A DNA stretch of 64,000 bases from a virus (lineage: Duplodnaviria > Caudoviricetes), in the IMG/VR virus record IMGVR_UViG_3300012953_000012, positions 64,001 through 128,000 of that record. One strand, given 5' to 3'. Numbering within the stretch: the stretch's first letter is position 1; each line of letters starts with the position of its first letter. A model generated the notes under the pieces. The model was given only the letters and a program-made list of their open reading frames with translations, was not told the DNA's origin and did no database searches. This document shows, piece after piece, positions 1 to 8,803 of this stretch. The position numbers and the translations under genes were made by a program.

Positions 1-395
1 CCACCGAGAAACTGAACGAGGTCCTTCGTGATCTCAAGCGTCTCGCTATGTCGTTCAACCGAGGGGCGGGCATCGCGGTCATCGCTCTGTTCCAGATCAG
101 CCGAGAAGGCTACAAGGCCGCCGAGAAGAACGGCGGTCGGTACAACCTGACTCACCTGTCCTATGCAAACGAGGCCGAGCGTTCGTCTGACATCGTGACG
201 GCAGGGTGGGTGGACACCGAGTTGCGGGAGTCGAACCTGGTCAAGATCCAGTGCCTCAAGTCCCGTGACAACGCACCGTTCCAGGACTTCTACGCCGGGG
301 TGTTGTGGCCCTGCCGCCGGTTGATCACCACCAACGATGTCACGCCGCAGACCGCACAGCGTGTAGGACAGGACATCGACCTGGGAGACCTGTAA
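1..395 (+). CDS. dnaB: Replicative DnaB-like (SF4) helicase, C-terminal part (5' truncated by window)
   Basis: Frame open from nt 3: LRDLKRLAM...IAVIALFQISREG (H3 motif) and YANEAERSSDIV (H4-like); directly upstream of primase ZnF and polymerase. Confidence 0.8.
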   Translation, partial: TEKLNEVLRDLKRLAMSFNRGAGIAVIALFQISREGYKAAEKNGGRYNLTHLSYANEAERSSDIVTAGWVDTELRESNLVKIQCLKSRDNAPFQDFYAGVLWPCRRLITTNDVTPQTAQRVGQDIDLGDL

Positions 396-1036
396 TGCGT
401 ATGGTCCACGTCCTGCGGAAGCCCTTGTCCGAAGGGACAGTCGCCTCCAACGTCCTCAAGCACGGTTGTGGTGGTTTGAACATCGACGCTTCCCGTATCT
501 CCAGCACCGGAGATCACATGCGTCCCTTCCAGCCCACGAACAACGACCGTGAGGTCTACGGGGTTCAGGCTGGGTTTCAGCCTACCAACCACAAGGGAGG
601 CCGTTGGCCTGCCAATGTGATCCTCCAGCACCTCGACGGTTGTCGGTGCGATGGGGTCAAGAGGGTGAAGGCGTGTGGCGGGACGAGGACGTTCACGCGG
701 TCCACAGCAAAGGATAGAAACGGGCAGACTGGGGCTGCTTACGGTGCGGAGTCGCGCCCCGAAGGAACCGAGCACGTCAACTACGCCGACGCAGAAGGCA
801 AGGAAACCATCGCCAACTGGATCTGTGAACCCGGCTGTCCCGTTGCTCGGCTGGATGAACAGACAAAACTCTCGCAAAGCAGCAGACCCAACCGGGTCTC
901 TGGGCAGTTCACTCAGCCCGGTCAGAAGGGTCTTATCTACGGCAACGGCTTCGGCGGTGTGTTGTCTCCCACTTACAACGACAAGGGGGGAGCCAGTCGC
1001 TTCTACAAGCAGGTAGGCGGCAAGGCCGATGGGTAG
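395..1036 (+). CDS. DNA methyltransferase-related protein (central segment only; no DPPY or FxGxG motif)
   Basis: TAATG overlap with helicase stop; RKPLSEGTVASNVLKHGCGGLNIDASRI, GRWPANV and GGASRFY match the middle of phage beta-class N6/N4 MTases. Confidence 0.6.
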   Translation: MRMVHVLRKPLSEGTVASNVLKHGCGGLNIDASRISSTGDHMRPFQPTNNDREVYGVQAGFQPTNHKGGRWPANVILQHLDGCRCDGVKRVKACGGTRTFTRSTAKDRNGQTGAAYGAESRPEGTEHVNYADAEGKETIANWICEPGCPVARLDEQTKLSQSSRPNRVSGQFTQPGQKGLIYGNGFGGVLSPTYNDKGGASRFYKQVGGKADG

Positions 1037-1661
1037 GGCAAAGGCGGCAGCAGACCGCATCCGAGCCGAAGTACCCATCGTGGACGTGCTCTATGAGTAC
1101 GGCTACCACGTCCACCCAGACGGAGACGACCGGGAGCAGCAGTTTTCGTGTGATCTCCACGGCGACGGGGCTGACACGAAGCCCTCGGCCCGCGTGTACC
1201 CGGAGTCGGCCTCGTTCCACTGCTTCGCTTGCGGTAGATCACGGGACGCCATCACCCTCGTCCGAGAAAAGGAAGGCATCGACTTCTGGCCTGCCGTGAA
1301 GGCGCTGGAGGGCCGCTACGGTCTTGACCCCCTGCCATGGGAAGGACCCGAAGAGCCCCGCAAGGACAAGGCCGTCCACAAGATCAATGAGGCTCTGGAA
1401 CACACCGCCGAGACCCCGGAACAGTTGCTCAACAGGATCTCCCGGATCATCGACTCGTGTTGCCGAGAGCGCAGCATTCCGGCTGAGAGGTGCGCGGCCT
1501 TCTGGGAGGCACACGACAAGGTAGACACGGCCTGGCGTGAAAACGCGGCCCCCGAAGCCACTGTGAAGGCGGCTGCGAGCAAGGTCCTTCGCACCGTTCG
1601 TGAATACCTGGGGGTAGCCTCCGCTCAGACATCGGTACATCCCTCTGAGGAGAGCACATGA
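1029..1661 (+). CDS. CHC2 zinc-finger protein (primase Zn-binding domain without TOPRIM domain)
   Basis: CDLHGDGADTKPSARVYPESASFHCFACG...DAITLVREKEGIDF. Confidence 0.75.
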   Translation: MGRAKAAADRIRAEVPIVDVLYEYGYHVHPDGDDREQQFSCDLHGDGADTKPSARVYPESASFHCFACGRSRDAITLVREKEGIDFWPAVKALEGRYGLDPLPWEGPEEPRKDKAVHKINEALEHTAETPEQLLNRISRIIDSCCRERSIPAERCAAFWEAHDKVDTAWRENAAPEATVKAAASKVLRTVREYLGVASAQTSVHPSEEST

Positions 1662-4417
1662 ACATTCTGGAAAGCCTCAAAGAGATCAGCCGCCCAAAGG
1701 TCGCCAAAAAGCCGTGGATGGAGGCCGTAGATCTACGGCTCGCCACTGTGGATGACCTGGACACCATCGCACAGGAGTGCATCGACGCAGGCATCTACGC
1801 CCTGGACCTGGAAACGACGGGTCTGGACCAGCGAGCCTTTGCGGGCGGGTCTGGACGCAAAGAGACGGTGGACAAGATCGTCGGCTACTGCATCGCCCCC
1901 AGCCCGGAGAAGGGTTGGTACATCCCCGTCCGGCACAGGGCTGAAGGGGCAGCAGCAAACGTCCCGCCACGCCTTGCGGTGGACCTGGTCAACCGCATCC
2001 AGGAGACCGGGGCGCAGGTCGTCTTCCACAACGCCAAGTTCGACCAGAAGTTCCTCGACTACGAGCCCTCAGGCCGGGCCGGGGATTGGGATGACAACAC
2101 AACGTGGCACGACACCATGATTCTGGCCTACCTGCGGAACACCCGCACACGGGCGAAGGGTCTCAAGCCCCTGTCGAAGAATGAACTCGACCGGGAGATG
2201 ATCGAGATCAAGGAGTTGTTCCCACCCGAGGCCGTCAAGGCGAAGAAACTCGACTTCTCGACCCTGGACCCCACCTGGGAGCCTGTCGTCTGGTACGCAG
2301 CGGCAGACGCCGTGAACACCCTGGCGCTGTTCCACATCCTCCACCCCTCGGTCGTGGAGAAAGACAATCAGGGCCGCCACCAGAAGGGCATCTACAAGTT
2401 GGAGAAGGCGTGCCTGCGAGCAACCATGTGGATGGAACAGAACCGCATCAACATCGACCGTGACCGTCTGGAAGGGTTGATGCGCCTGGGCCAAGATGAG
2501 TGGTGGGGGTGCATCAACGAGGTCTACGACGAAGCCTCCACCATGCTGGAGCGCGACGTCCGCCCCTCGTGGGTCAAGGAGATGCAGACCGGCTACGACC
2601 CCAACACTCTGGACCCCAACTACATGGAGGTCCGAGAGCGGGCGATGGTGGGGTCACAGGACAAGGCGTTGGAGCCTATCGAGAGGTCTGTGCCTCGGCT
2701 CGATGACCCCCGCAGGCAGGAGAGCGTCGAGTTCCCAGCGGTCTACGACGTGACCATCCCCGCCAACCTCGGGATCATGCTGCGGGAGATGGGGGTTAAG
2801 GGCCTGGCGGTGACCGAAAAATCCGGCCAGGTCAAGACGAGCAAGGACGAGTTGGACCGCGTGATCTCGGAGGCTGGTGACCAGTTCCCGTTCATGGCGA
2901 AGGTCAAGCGGTTCCGTGAGGTCAGCAAAGGGTTGGGCACGTTCCTGTTCCCGATCTGGTGGGACACGACGCCCGAGCGCAGTCCGGGGGGCTGTGTGTG
3001 GGCCAACTTCAACGGGCAGAAGGTAGACACGGGCCGTTTCAGCACCCCGACCCCACGAGACAAGCACAAGGATCGCTTCATGGGTCAGGTTCGGTGGGGC
3101 GTCCACATGACCCCAGCGACCTACGACAAGTCCAAGCCCGAGTGCGTCCGGCGCATCCGGGAGGTCGTCACAGCGCGTCCTGGGCACGTCCTGTTCGCCA
3201 TCGACTACAGCGGCGTCGAGTTGCGGATCGTCACCAACCTGAGCGGCGAGCCGAAGTGGATCAACGAGTTTTTCCGGTGCTCCAGTTGCGAGCACACCTT
3301 CCCACGGGACGCCCGCCCGCCTCCCTTCTGCCCCGAGTGTGGGTCCGACAAGATCGGTGATCTCCACAGCCTCACGGCCATCGGTGTCTTCGGGGACGAG
3401 ATCAAGGGCACGGGTGAGTTCAAGCAGCGCCGCCAGGAGGCAAAGGCCCTCAACTTCGCCATGGCCTACGGTGGGGGTGGTTCCGCTGCCCAGCGTGCTG
3501 TCGGTGTGGACCGGGAGGAAGGCTGGCGCATCAAGAACCAGTACGACAAGACCTACAAGGTGCTGCGGAAGTGGTGGAAGAAGCAGCACCTGACTGCCCG
3601 CAAGCAGAAGTACGTCACGACCGCCTACGGTCGGAAGTACCCCCTTCCCGACATCGACCACGAGATGGGTGGCTTCCGGTCGAAGGCCGAGCGCAACAGC
3701 GTCAACGGACCTGTCCAGGGCACTTCTGCCGACATCATGAAGTTGGCGATGGCGAAGTTGTACCGGGCCTTCAAGAACCGAGACTGGCTCGACCTGGTGC
3801 TCATGACCATCACCATCCACGATGAGTTGGTCTTTGAGATTGACGAGCGGATCGCTGGTGAGGCCGTTGAGGTCATCGAGAAGATCATGGTGGACGATGC
3901 CGCGAAGGGTCTCCAGTGGCTCGTACCGCTCAAGGTGGATGTGGAGTTTGGCGACAACTGGACCGTGCCCTTCAACCTGACCGAGATGACCTGGAACCAG
4001 GGCGGCGGGAAGTGGACGGAGCACTGGGCCAAGGTGTTCCCGAAGCACTACCAGCACTACCTCTCGTGTGGTGGGGATCCCGTCAGCGGGGTGGAGGCCC
4101 CCACGGATGATCTCGCGACAACCACAGAGAAGGGTGTCCCTCTCCGAGATGTCAGCGAGGCCGAGATTGGAATCCGGTCACCTGACCGAACCAGCCCAGC
4201 CCGGAAGCCTGAAAAGGAAGGCACGTCCTACGTCTACCGTTTGCGGTCCTTGGACGCCCGGAATGCTGAGTGCCTGGCCCGCGTGATCCTGCGTTGTGAG
4301 GGTCGAGGCACCGATACCTTGTTTGTACGAGACAACAGAGGGAACGACCTCCTGGAGCGGCCCGTGCGGGTCGCTTACGAGGAGTTTCGTGTGATCGCCG
4401 ACTACGAGGGCCTGTGA
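1658..4417 (+). CDS. polA: DNA polymerase, family A, with 3'-5' exonuclease domain
   Basis: ExoI DLETTG, ExoII FHNAKFD, ExoIII YAAAD, motif A IDYSGVELR, motif B RQEAKALNFAMAYG, motif C IHDELVFE. Confidence 0.95.
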   Translation: MNILESLKEISRPKVAKKPWMEAVDLRLATVDDLDTIAQECIDAGIYALDLETTGLDQRAFAGGSGRKETVDKIVGYCIAPSPEKGWYIPVRHRAEGAAANVPPRLAVDLVNRIQETGAQVVFHNAKFDQKFLDYEPSGRAGDWDDNTTWHDTMILAYLRNTRTRAKGLKPLSKNELDREMIEIKELFPPEAVKAKKLDFSTLDPTWEPVVWYAAADAVNTLALFHILHPSVVEKDNQGRHQKGIYKLEKACLRATMWMEQNRINIDRDRLEGLMRLGQDEWWGCINEVYDEASTMLERDVRPSWVKEMQTGYDPNTLDPNYMEVRERAMVGSQDKALEPIERSVPRLDDPRRQESVEFPAVYDVTIPANLGIMLREMGVKGLAVTEKSGQVKTSKDELDRVISEAGDQFPFMAKVKRFREVSKGLGTFLFPIWWDTTPERSPGGCVWANFNGQKVDTGRFSTPTPRDKHKDRFMGQVRWGVHMTPATYDKSKPECVRRIREVVTARPGHVLFAIDYSGVELRIVTNLSGEPKWINEFFRCSSCEHTFPRDARPPPFCPECGSDKIGDLHSLTAIGVFGDEIKGTGEFKQRRQEAKALNFAMAYGGGGSAAQRAVGVDREEGWRIKNQYDKTYKVLRKWWKKQHLTARKQKYVTTAYGRKYPLPDIDHEMGGFRSKAERNSVNGPVQGTSADIMKLAMAKLYRAFKNRDWLDLVLMTITIHDELVFEIDERIAGEAVEVIEKIMVDDAAKGLQWLVPLKVDVEFGDNWTVPFNLTEMTWNQGGGKWTEHWAKVFPKHYQHYLSCGGDPVSGVEAPTDDLATTTEKGVPLRDVSEAEIGIRSPDRTSPARKPEKEGTSYVYRLRSLDARNAECLARVILRCEGRGTDTLFVRDNRGNDLLERPVRVAYEEFRVIADYEGL

Positions 4418-4713
4418 TGGACAACGAAGAACTCACCCAACAACTGACCCGGCTGACGCATACCGTCACGGAGTTACTTCTGTGGGTTCAGGAGGCCGAG
4501 TCGAAGGAGGTGTTGCCCCCAGGCACCCTCCGGGAAGCCCATCGCGTTGCTGAACGGGGGCGCGTCGTGAGTAGGATCAAGACCATGCGCGAGACGCTGG
4601 ACATGATCGACCAGGCCGATGATCTGACCAGCCTCCGGGTATCTTTGAGGGACTCCCTGAAACAACTGGAGGGTCGTGTGGATTCTATGAGAGGGGCACA
4701 TGGGAAGACGTAA
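4417..4713 (+). CDS. Hypothetical protein (helical)
   Basis: Overlaps polymerase stop; coupled to the next ORF. Confidence 0.55.
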   Translation: MDNEELTQQLTRLTHTVTELLLWVQEAESKEVLPPGTLREAHRVAERGRVVSRIKTMRETLDMIDQADDLTSLRVSLRDSLKQLEGRVDSMRGAHGKT

Positions 4714-5044
4714 ACCCCTGGAACCACTACAGGCTGACGGGGCCGTCTACGAGTGCGCCCACAAGGACAGGTGGCCTCCGATTGAGGTCATCGCGTACCA
4801 GGCAGAACTGATCGACCCTCTTCCTCCTGGTGTTCCCATCGCTGAAGCCTTCCGAGGGGTCCTCTCGGACGTGACTCACCAACGCATCCGCACCTGGGAG
4901 CAGGTGTGCGGTCAGCGCGAAATGTCCCTACAGAAGTGCCCCGGCTGCCGATTCAGCCTCAAGGACGGGACCTCCACTACCGTTGTAGGGACGGGGTTGA
5001 CCCACACGATCCACACCCCACACCCCAAGAAGAAGCGACAGTAG
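4700..5044 (+). CDS. Hypothetical protein with Cys motif (CGQ...CPGC)
   Basis: Overlaps upstream gene; preceded by AGAGGGG. Confidence 0.55.
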   Translation: MGRRKPLEPLQADGAVYECAHKDRWPPIEVIAYQAELIDPLPPGVPIAEAFRGVLSDVTHQRIRTWEQVCGQREMSLQKCPGCRFSLKDGTSTTVVGTGLTHTIHTPHPKKKRQ

Positions 5045-5097
5045 GGGGAGGGGGAGAGTATCTTTCGGGTATTACAGGGCTCACCAGAGGTAGCATT

Positions 5098-5661
5098 ATG
5101 ACCCCCATGACTGACATCTTCTTCGTGGACGAGGACCCCACCCTGTGCGCTCAAGTGCTTTCAGACCAGCATGTTCGGACGCAGGTGGCACAAGTCGGAG
5201 CGGTTTTGGCCGCTTCTTTGTCCCACAGAGGGGTCGCAGGTGGACCGATCCTCAGCAAAGCCACCCGCCGATCCGGCGTGCGTGCGAACACCGCTGCAAT
5301 CGCCTGGGCCAACGAGAACTGGGATCACTTCATGTGGCTCGTCTTCTTCGGCATGGCCGTCATGGAGGAGCACGACCACCGATTCGGGGTCATGCACCCC
5401 TCAAGCGCAGTTGTCCTCGCAGCAGGCAACGTCGGCCATCTGTTGCATGAGGGGGATCCGCTCATCCCTGCGACCTGGCCGACAACTCAGGCGTCCCGCG
5501 AGTACATCAACCGCTACGACTTCACCCCGTTCAACGCCTACCAGAACGTCCTCCGTGACCTCTACGAGGTCTGGGCTGAGGGCGATGACTGCGCGACCTG
5601 GACCAACACCTACCCGCCCAACTGGTTGTCGGATGTAGGGGAAGTGCTGCACACCGACTGA
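5098..5661 (+). CDS. Pyrimidine-dimer DNA glycosylase (DenV-like family) related protein
   Basis: DIFFVDEDPTLCAQVLSDQHVRTQV resembles family N-terminus MNIFxLDxDPxxCAxxxxDKHVVKM; start chosen at ATG 5098 after GAGG. Confidence 0.5.
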   Translation: MTPMTDIFFVDEDPTLCAQVLSDQHVRTQVAQVGAVLAASLSHRGVAGGPILSKATRRSGVRANTAAIAWANENWDHFMWLVFFGMAVMEEHDHRFGVMHPSSAVVLAAGNVGHLLHEGDPLIPATWPTTQASREYINRYDFTPFNAYQNVLRDLYEVWAEGDDCATWTNTYPPNWLSDVGEVLHTD

Positions 5662-5664
5662 CGC

Positions 5665-5679
5665 GGTAGTCCTACTATA
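5665..5679 (+). promoter_or_regulatory. Class L motif GGTAG-tccta-CTATA
   Basis: Intergenic after gene ending at 5661. Confidence 0.6.
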
Positions 5680-5730
5680 GGACCGGGAGGGTGGAGTCTC
5701 CATGTCGCCAACCCTTCGCAGAGCCGTCTG

Positions 5731-6063
5731 ATGCCCCGCATCTACACAAAGGTCATCCCAGTGAGGACCGTGGTCGATGTAGTGAAGCGCGACCCGCAGT
5801 GGTCGAACGCTGAGGACGCCCCCACGATCTCAATCAAGGTCAAGGTGACCTTTGAGACAGTCTTCACGGAGCACAAAGAAGCCCTGTGGTTGGAGGGTGA
5901 TGTGCAGGTGTGGCCCGACCGTGGGGTGGACATCCTCGCACTGGAGCCGCAGTACGGCACCGTCATCGGCCCCCGCGTGGCTACGGTCCTGGACATTTAT
6001 GAGGACGCGCTTCGACAGGCGTTCAAGGACACCAATCTGAACATCCTGGGGGTGGCACCGTGA
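5731..6063 (+). CDS. Hypothetical protein
   Basis: Downstream of TAG-N5-CTAT motif; GTGA overlap with next gene. Confidence 0.55.
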   Translation: MPRIYTKVIPVRTVVDVVKRDPQWSNAEDAPTISIKVKVTFETVFTEHKEALWLEGDVQVWPDRGVDILALEPQYGTVIGPRVATVLDIYEDALRQAFKDTNLNILGVAP

Positions 6064-7142
6064 GCACAAGGAAGCGCCTGACCCGACAAGCCGCCTCCCT
6101 CTCGCTCGGCGGGCGGGATCTGCCCCTGGAAGCAGACCTGAAAGCGGATGTGGCCTACGACCATGAGTTGGTCGGCAAGGACGTTGAGGTCTCCAGCATC
6201 GCTGGGGGAACCTTGCACCCTTACAGGGACAGGAAGGCTGTGATCCAGGGGGTCATCACTCGCTTCGGTGAGATCGTCGGATACCAGGTCACTGTGGGCG
6301 GGAAAGTGCATCATGGTCCCGCCAAGGACTTCTATGTGGACCGTTCGGTGGTGGAGGGCGTCCAGCCGCCGACCGCAACCTCAGTTGCCCTTCGTGAAGG
6401 GTTGTCGCACTGGGGTCAGCAACGCACCTACTGGCACACGCAAGCCGCCGGGCTGGAGTCGATGGCTTTCGCCGTGGCTTCCGTGACCCCACAGGCGGTG
6501 GCCCAACATTACGAGTGGGGTTGGGACTTCGCTGTTCCTGATCTCATGCCGGGGGGCTGCACAACAGTCCGGTGCCCGGCGTTCCAGCACAACGACTTCT
6601 GGACTGTGACCACATCGGTCTTCCCTCTCCGTGGGGGCCTGCAACCCAAAGCCCCGCTGATCGAAGACCACTGGCAGCGCACCTTCATGTGGACATTAGC
6701 CATCGCGGACGGCATGTCGAACCTCGACACCGACCCCTGGCCCTGGAAGAGGGCTGTGGCCAGCATCAAGGCCCGAATGTTGGCCACGGAGCAGGTGCTG
6801 GTGCCCTTGTTGAACGAGTGCTTGAACGAGTGCCTGGAAGCCCGGCGAGAAATCTCAGGGTCAGCGCCCGACCTCGTGCCGGGATCAGTCTCGGTGGGCT
6901 TCTCGTCGGTGCGCCTGAAACCCAACACCATCGGCCTGACGGAACCGCCGACAGATCGCCGTCCCTACACGGTGATCTCCATCGCCCCCCAGGCTGCCAG
7001 GTCACGCCACTACTTGCGGCAGGTGGTCTTGCACGAGTGCATCCACATCGCTGTAAACAACGGAAGCGGGGAGAAGCCTCACAACGACCTGTTTGACGCT
7101 ATTGCGGAGCGTGTGGGGTTGGAGCCAAAGCACAGGGACTAA
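6060..7142 (+). CDS. SprT-like zinc metalloprotease domain protein
   Basis: C-terminal QVVLHECIHIAV...HNDLF (HExxH plus distal H). Confidence 0.65.
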   Translation: MSTRKRLTRQAASLSLGGRDLPLEADLKADVAYDHELVGKDVEVSSIAGGTLHPYRDRKAVIQGVITRFGEIVGYQVTVGGKVHHGPAKDFYVDRSVVEGVQPPTATSVALREGLSHWGQQRTYWHTQAAGLESMAFAVASVTPQAVAQHYEWGWDFAVPDLMPGGCTTVRCPAFQHNDFWTVTTSVFPLRGGLQPKAPLIEDHWQRTFMWTLAIADGMSNLDTDPWPWKRAVASIKARMLATEQVLVPLLNECLNECLEARREISGSAPDLVPGSVSVGFSSVRLKPNTIGLTEPPTDRRPYTVISIAPQAARSRHYLRQVVLHECIHIAVNNGSGEKPHNDLFDAIAERVGLEPKHRD

Positions 7143-7225
7143 GGGGATTTTCTGCGAGGGGGGTGGGATCACTGCGCCGGTTCGGTAGTACCAAGCACCT
7201 GCTTGAACCCGTTCCCGGCAAGACC

Positions 7226-8803
7226 ATGAAGATCGGCATCGTCTCCGCACAGAAACACTGCAAGACCCACCTTCGCCAGTTGGCTTCGGATGGTCACGAG
7301 GTCTACTGCCTGGGCGCAAAACCCAAGCAGATACCTCCTTCCTACGATGTGCTCATCGTCCGCATCGCCTCGATGCGGCACTGTGACTCCTACAAGGAGT
7401 GGGCGAAGACCACGGGGCGTCCAGTGATCTACGAGGATGGCCTATCGGGTGCGCGGCGTGAACTGGCGAAGATCCAGTCCCAGGCCACGACGCCGCAGTT
7501 GGCCACCGCAACGATCTCCGTTCAGGATGTCCTGGACCAGATGGTGGAGTGGGGCAGTGTCCTGCTTGACGCCCGCCCTCTCTCCAACAACCGCGACATA
7601 TCACGCCACCTGAGTACCTTGCTGCGAGAGCAGTTTCCTTCAATGGCTTCCAACTCAAAGGCACTGGTCGCCAGCGTAGTGGCTCGGTTGAGCAACCCGT
7701 CCACGGGCGGTGCTGTGCTGACCGAAGCACCGCCAGAGCCCTACACCACCCCCTACACCGCTACCGTTACCGAATCCGAGGCCCAGGAGCCCCCTGTGAT
7801 TGAACCTACCCAGAACACCCCCTACCCCGCCGGTCTTGAGGGTTGGTGCAAGGTCTACACCCAATCAAAGTTGAAGGTTGCCTACAAGCAGGCGGTTGAG
7901 GGCCTGGACCTCATGGAGAAGGGGAAGCAAGGTCTTCCGTCGAGGGATGACCTCTGCCGCGAGTTCAAGAAGGCGGAAAAGGGGCGTCGGATGACGAACA
8001 CTGTCGCCAAGAAGATGGTCTCTCTCGTCAAGGGCAAGCCGTTGGCCTATGTGATGCTCGTGTACCTGGCGATGCCCGAAGACCACCTCTTCGTGAAGCA
8101 GGCATTCTGCGCCACCTACAAGCAGATCACCGGCAAGGGATCGGACACGCGCCTCTGGCGGGCCGTGGAGTGGTATCTGGGCCGCACCGAGCCGGTCCAC
8201 GAACCTACGATCATCACGCCCCCGGCAGCGAAGACGGAGCCACAAGGCATCCAGCCCGGAAAGGTGTTGCCCCCTCTTCCACCAGGCTTCCTGGTCCTTC
8301 GACCAGGCACGGCGAGCCAGCCGTTCCCCCCGCCTCCCACTGTGGGAGATCCTGGCTCCCGACCGGCGGTGGAAGCCCGTGTGCTCTCGGATTCGGACAG
8401 GAACACCGAGGACATCCTGGGGATCATCGAAGACTTCGCAGACTTCAAGAATCAGTTCCAGAAGTGGAAGGGCCACATGATCTCTCAGGCGGACACCACA
8501 GAGCAGAATCTGGAAGAGGCCATCAAAGCGGGGCTCGACCCTCGCACCAACGCCAAGTTGGCTCAGATGGAGAAGCGGATCGGCGACCTGTTCGCCACCC
8601 AGTTGAAAAACTTCAAGCATGAGATCAACCGCACCCTTGAACCCCGAGTCAAAGCACTGGAGGACAGTTCGGGTCTCGCGCTCGATGCGGAGCGGCAGCC
8701 GTCCGGTGACTTGTCCTCCAACCCGTTCGACGCGCTGGAGCAGGTGAAGGCTGCGCTCAAGGCGGCTGGATTCAAGGGCACCCTCACCCTCACCATCGAG
8801 TAA
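7226..8803 (+). CDS. Hypothetical protein (N-terminal alpha/beta domain, Pro-rich linkers, coiled-coil C-terminus)
   Basis: Long ORF; start placed at ATG 7226 (MKIGIVSA). Confidence 0.65.
   Translation: MKIGIVSAQKHCKTHLRQLASDGHEVYCLGAKPKQIPPSYDVLIVRIASMRHCDSYKEWAKTTGRPVIYEDGLSGARRELAKIQSQATTPQLATATISVQDVLDQMVEWGSVLLDARPLSNNRDISRHLSTLLREQFPSMASNSKALVASVVARLSNPSTGGAVLTEAPPEPYTTPYTATVTESEAQEPPVIEPTQNTPYPAGLEGWCKVYTQSKLKVAYKQAVEGLDLMEKGKQGLPSRDDLCREFKKAEKGRRMTNTVAKKMVSLVKGKPLAYVMLVYLAMPEDHLFVKQAFCATYKQITGKGSDTRLWRAVEWYLGRTEPVHEPTIITPPAAKTEPQGIQPGKVLPPLPPGFLVLRPGTASQPFPPPPTVGDPGSRPAVEARVLSDSDRNTEDILGIIEDFADFKNQFQKWKGHMISQADTTEQNLEEAIKAGLDPRTNAKLAQMEKRIGDLFATQLKNFKHEINRTLEPRVKALEDSSGLALDAERQPSGDLSSNPFDALEQVKAALKAAGFKGTLTLTIE

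Noticed and set aside
3278-3340. Intein or intron in the DNA polymerase
   Set aside because: Insertion is ~25 aa, with no N-terminal C/S plus C-terminal HN splice signature and no LAGLIDADG or HNH motif; the frame is uninterrupted
2654-4057. Long antisense ORFs (e.g. 2654-4057, 7865-9229, 37830-39272, 48877-50172, 52376-54256)
   Set aside because: They lie opposite well-supported genes, have no RBS and show low-complexity translations; typical shadow ORFs of high-GC DNA
6821-6845. Short tandem duplications (gaacgagtgctt x2 here; also about 36340 and 45165)
   Set aside because: In-frame 9-12-nt duplications in coding sequence, consistent with ordinary slippage
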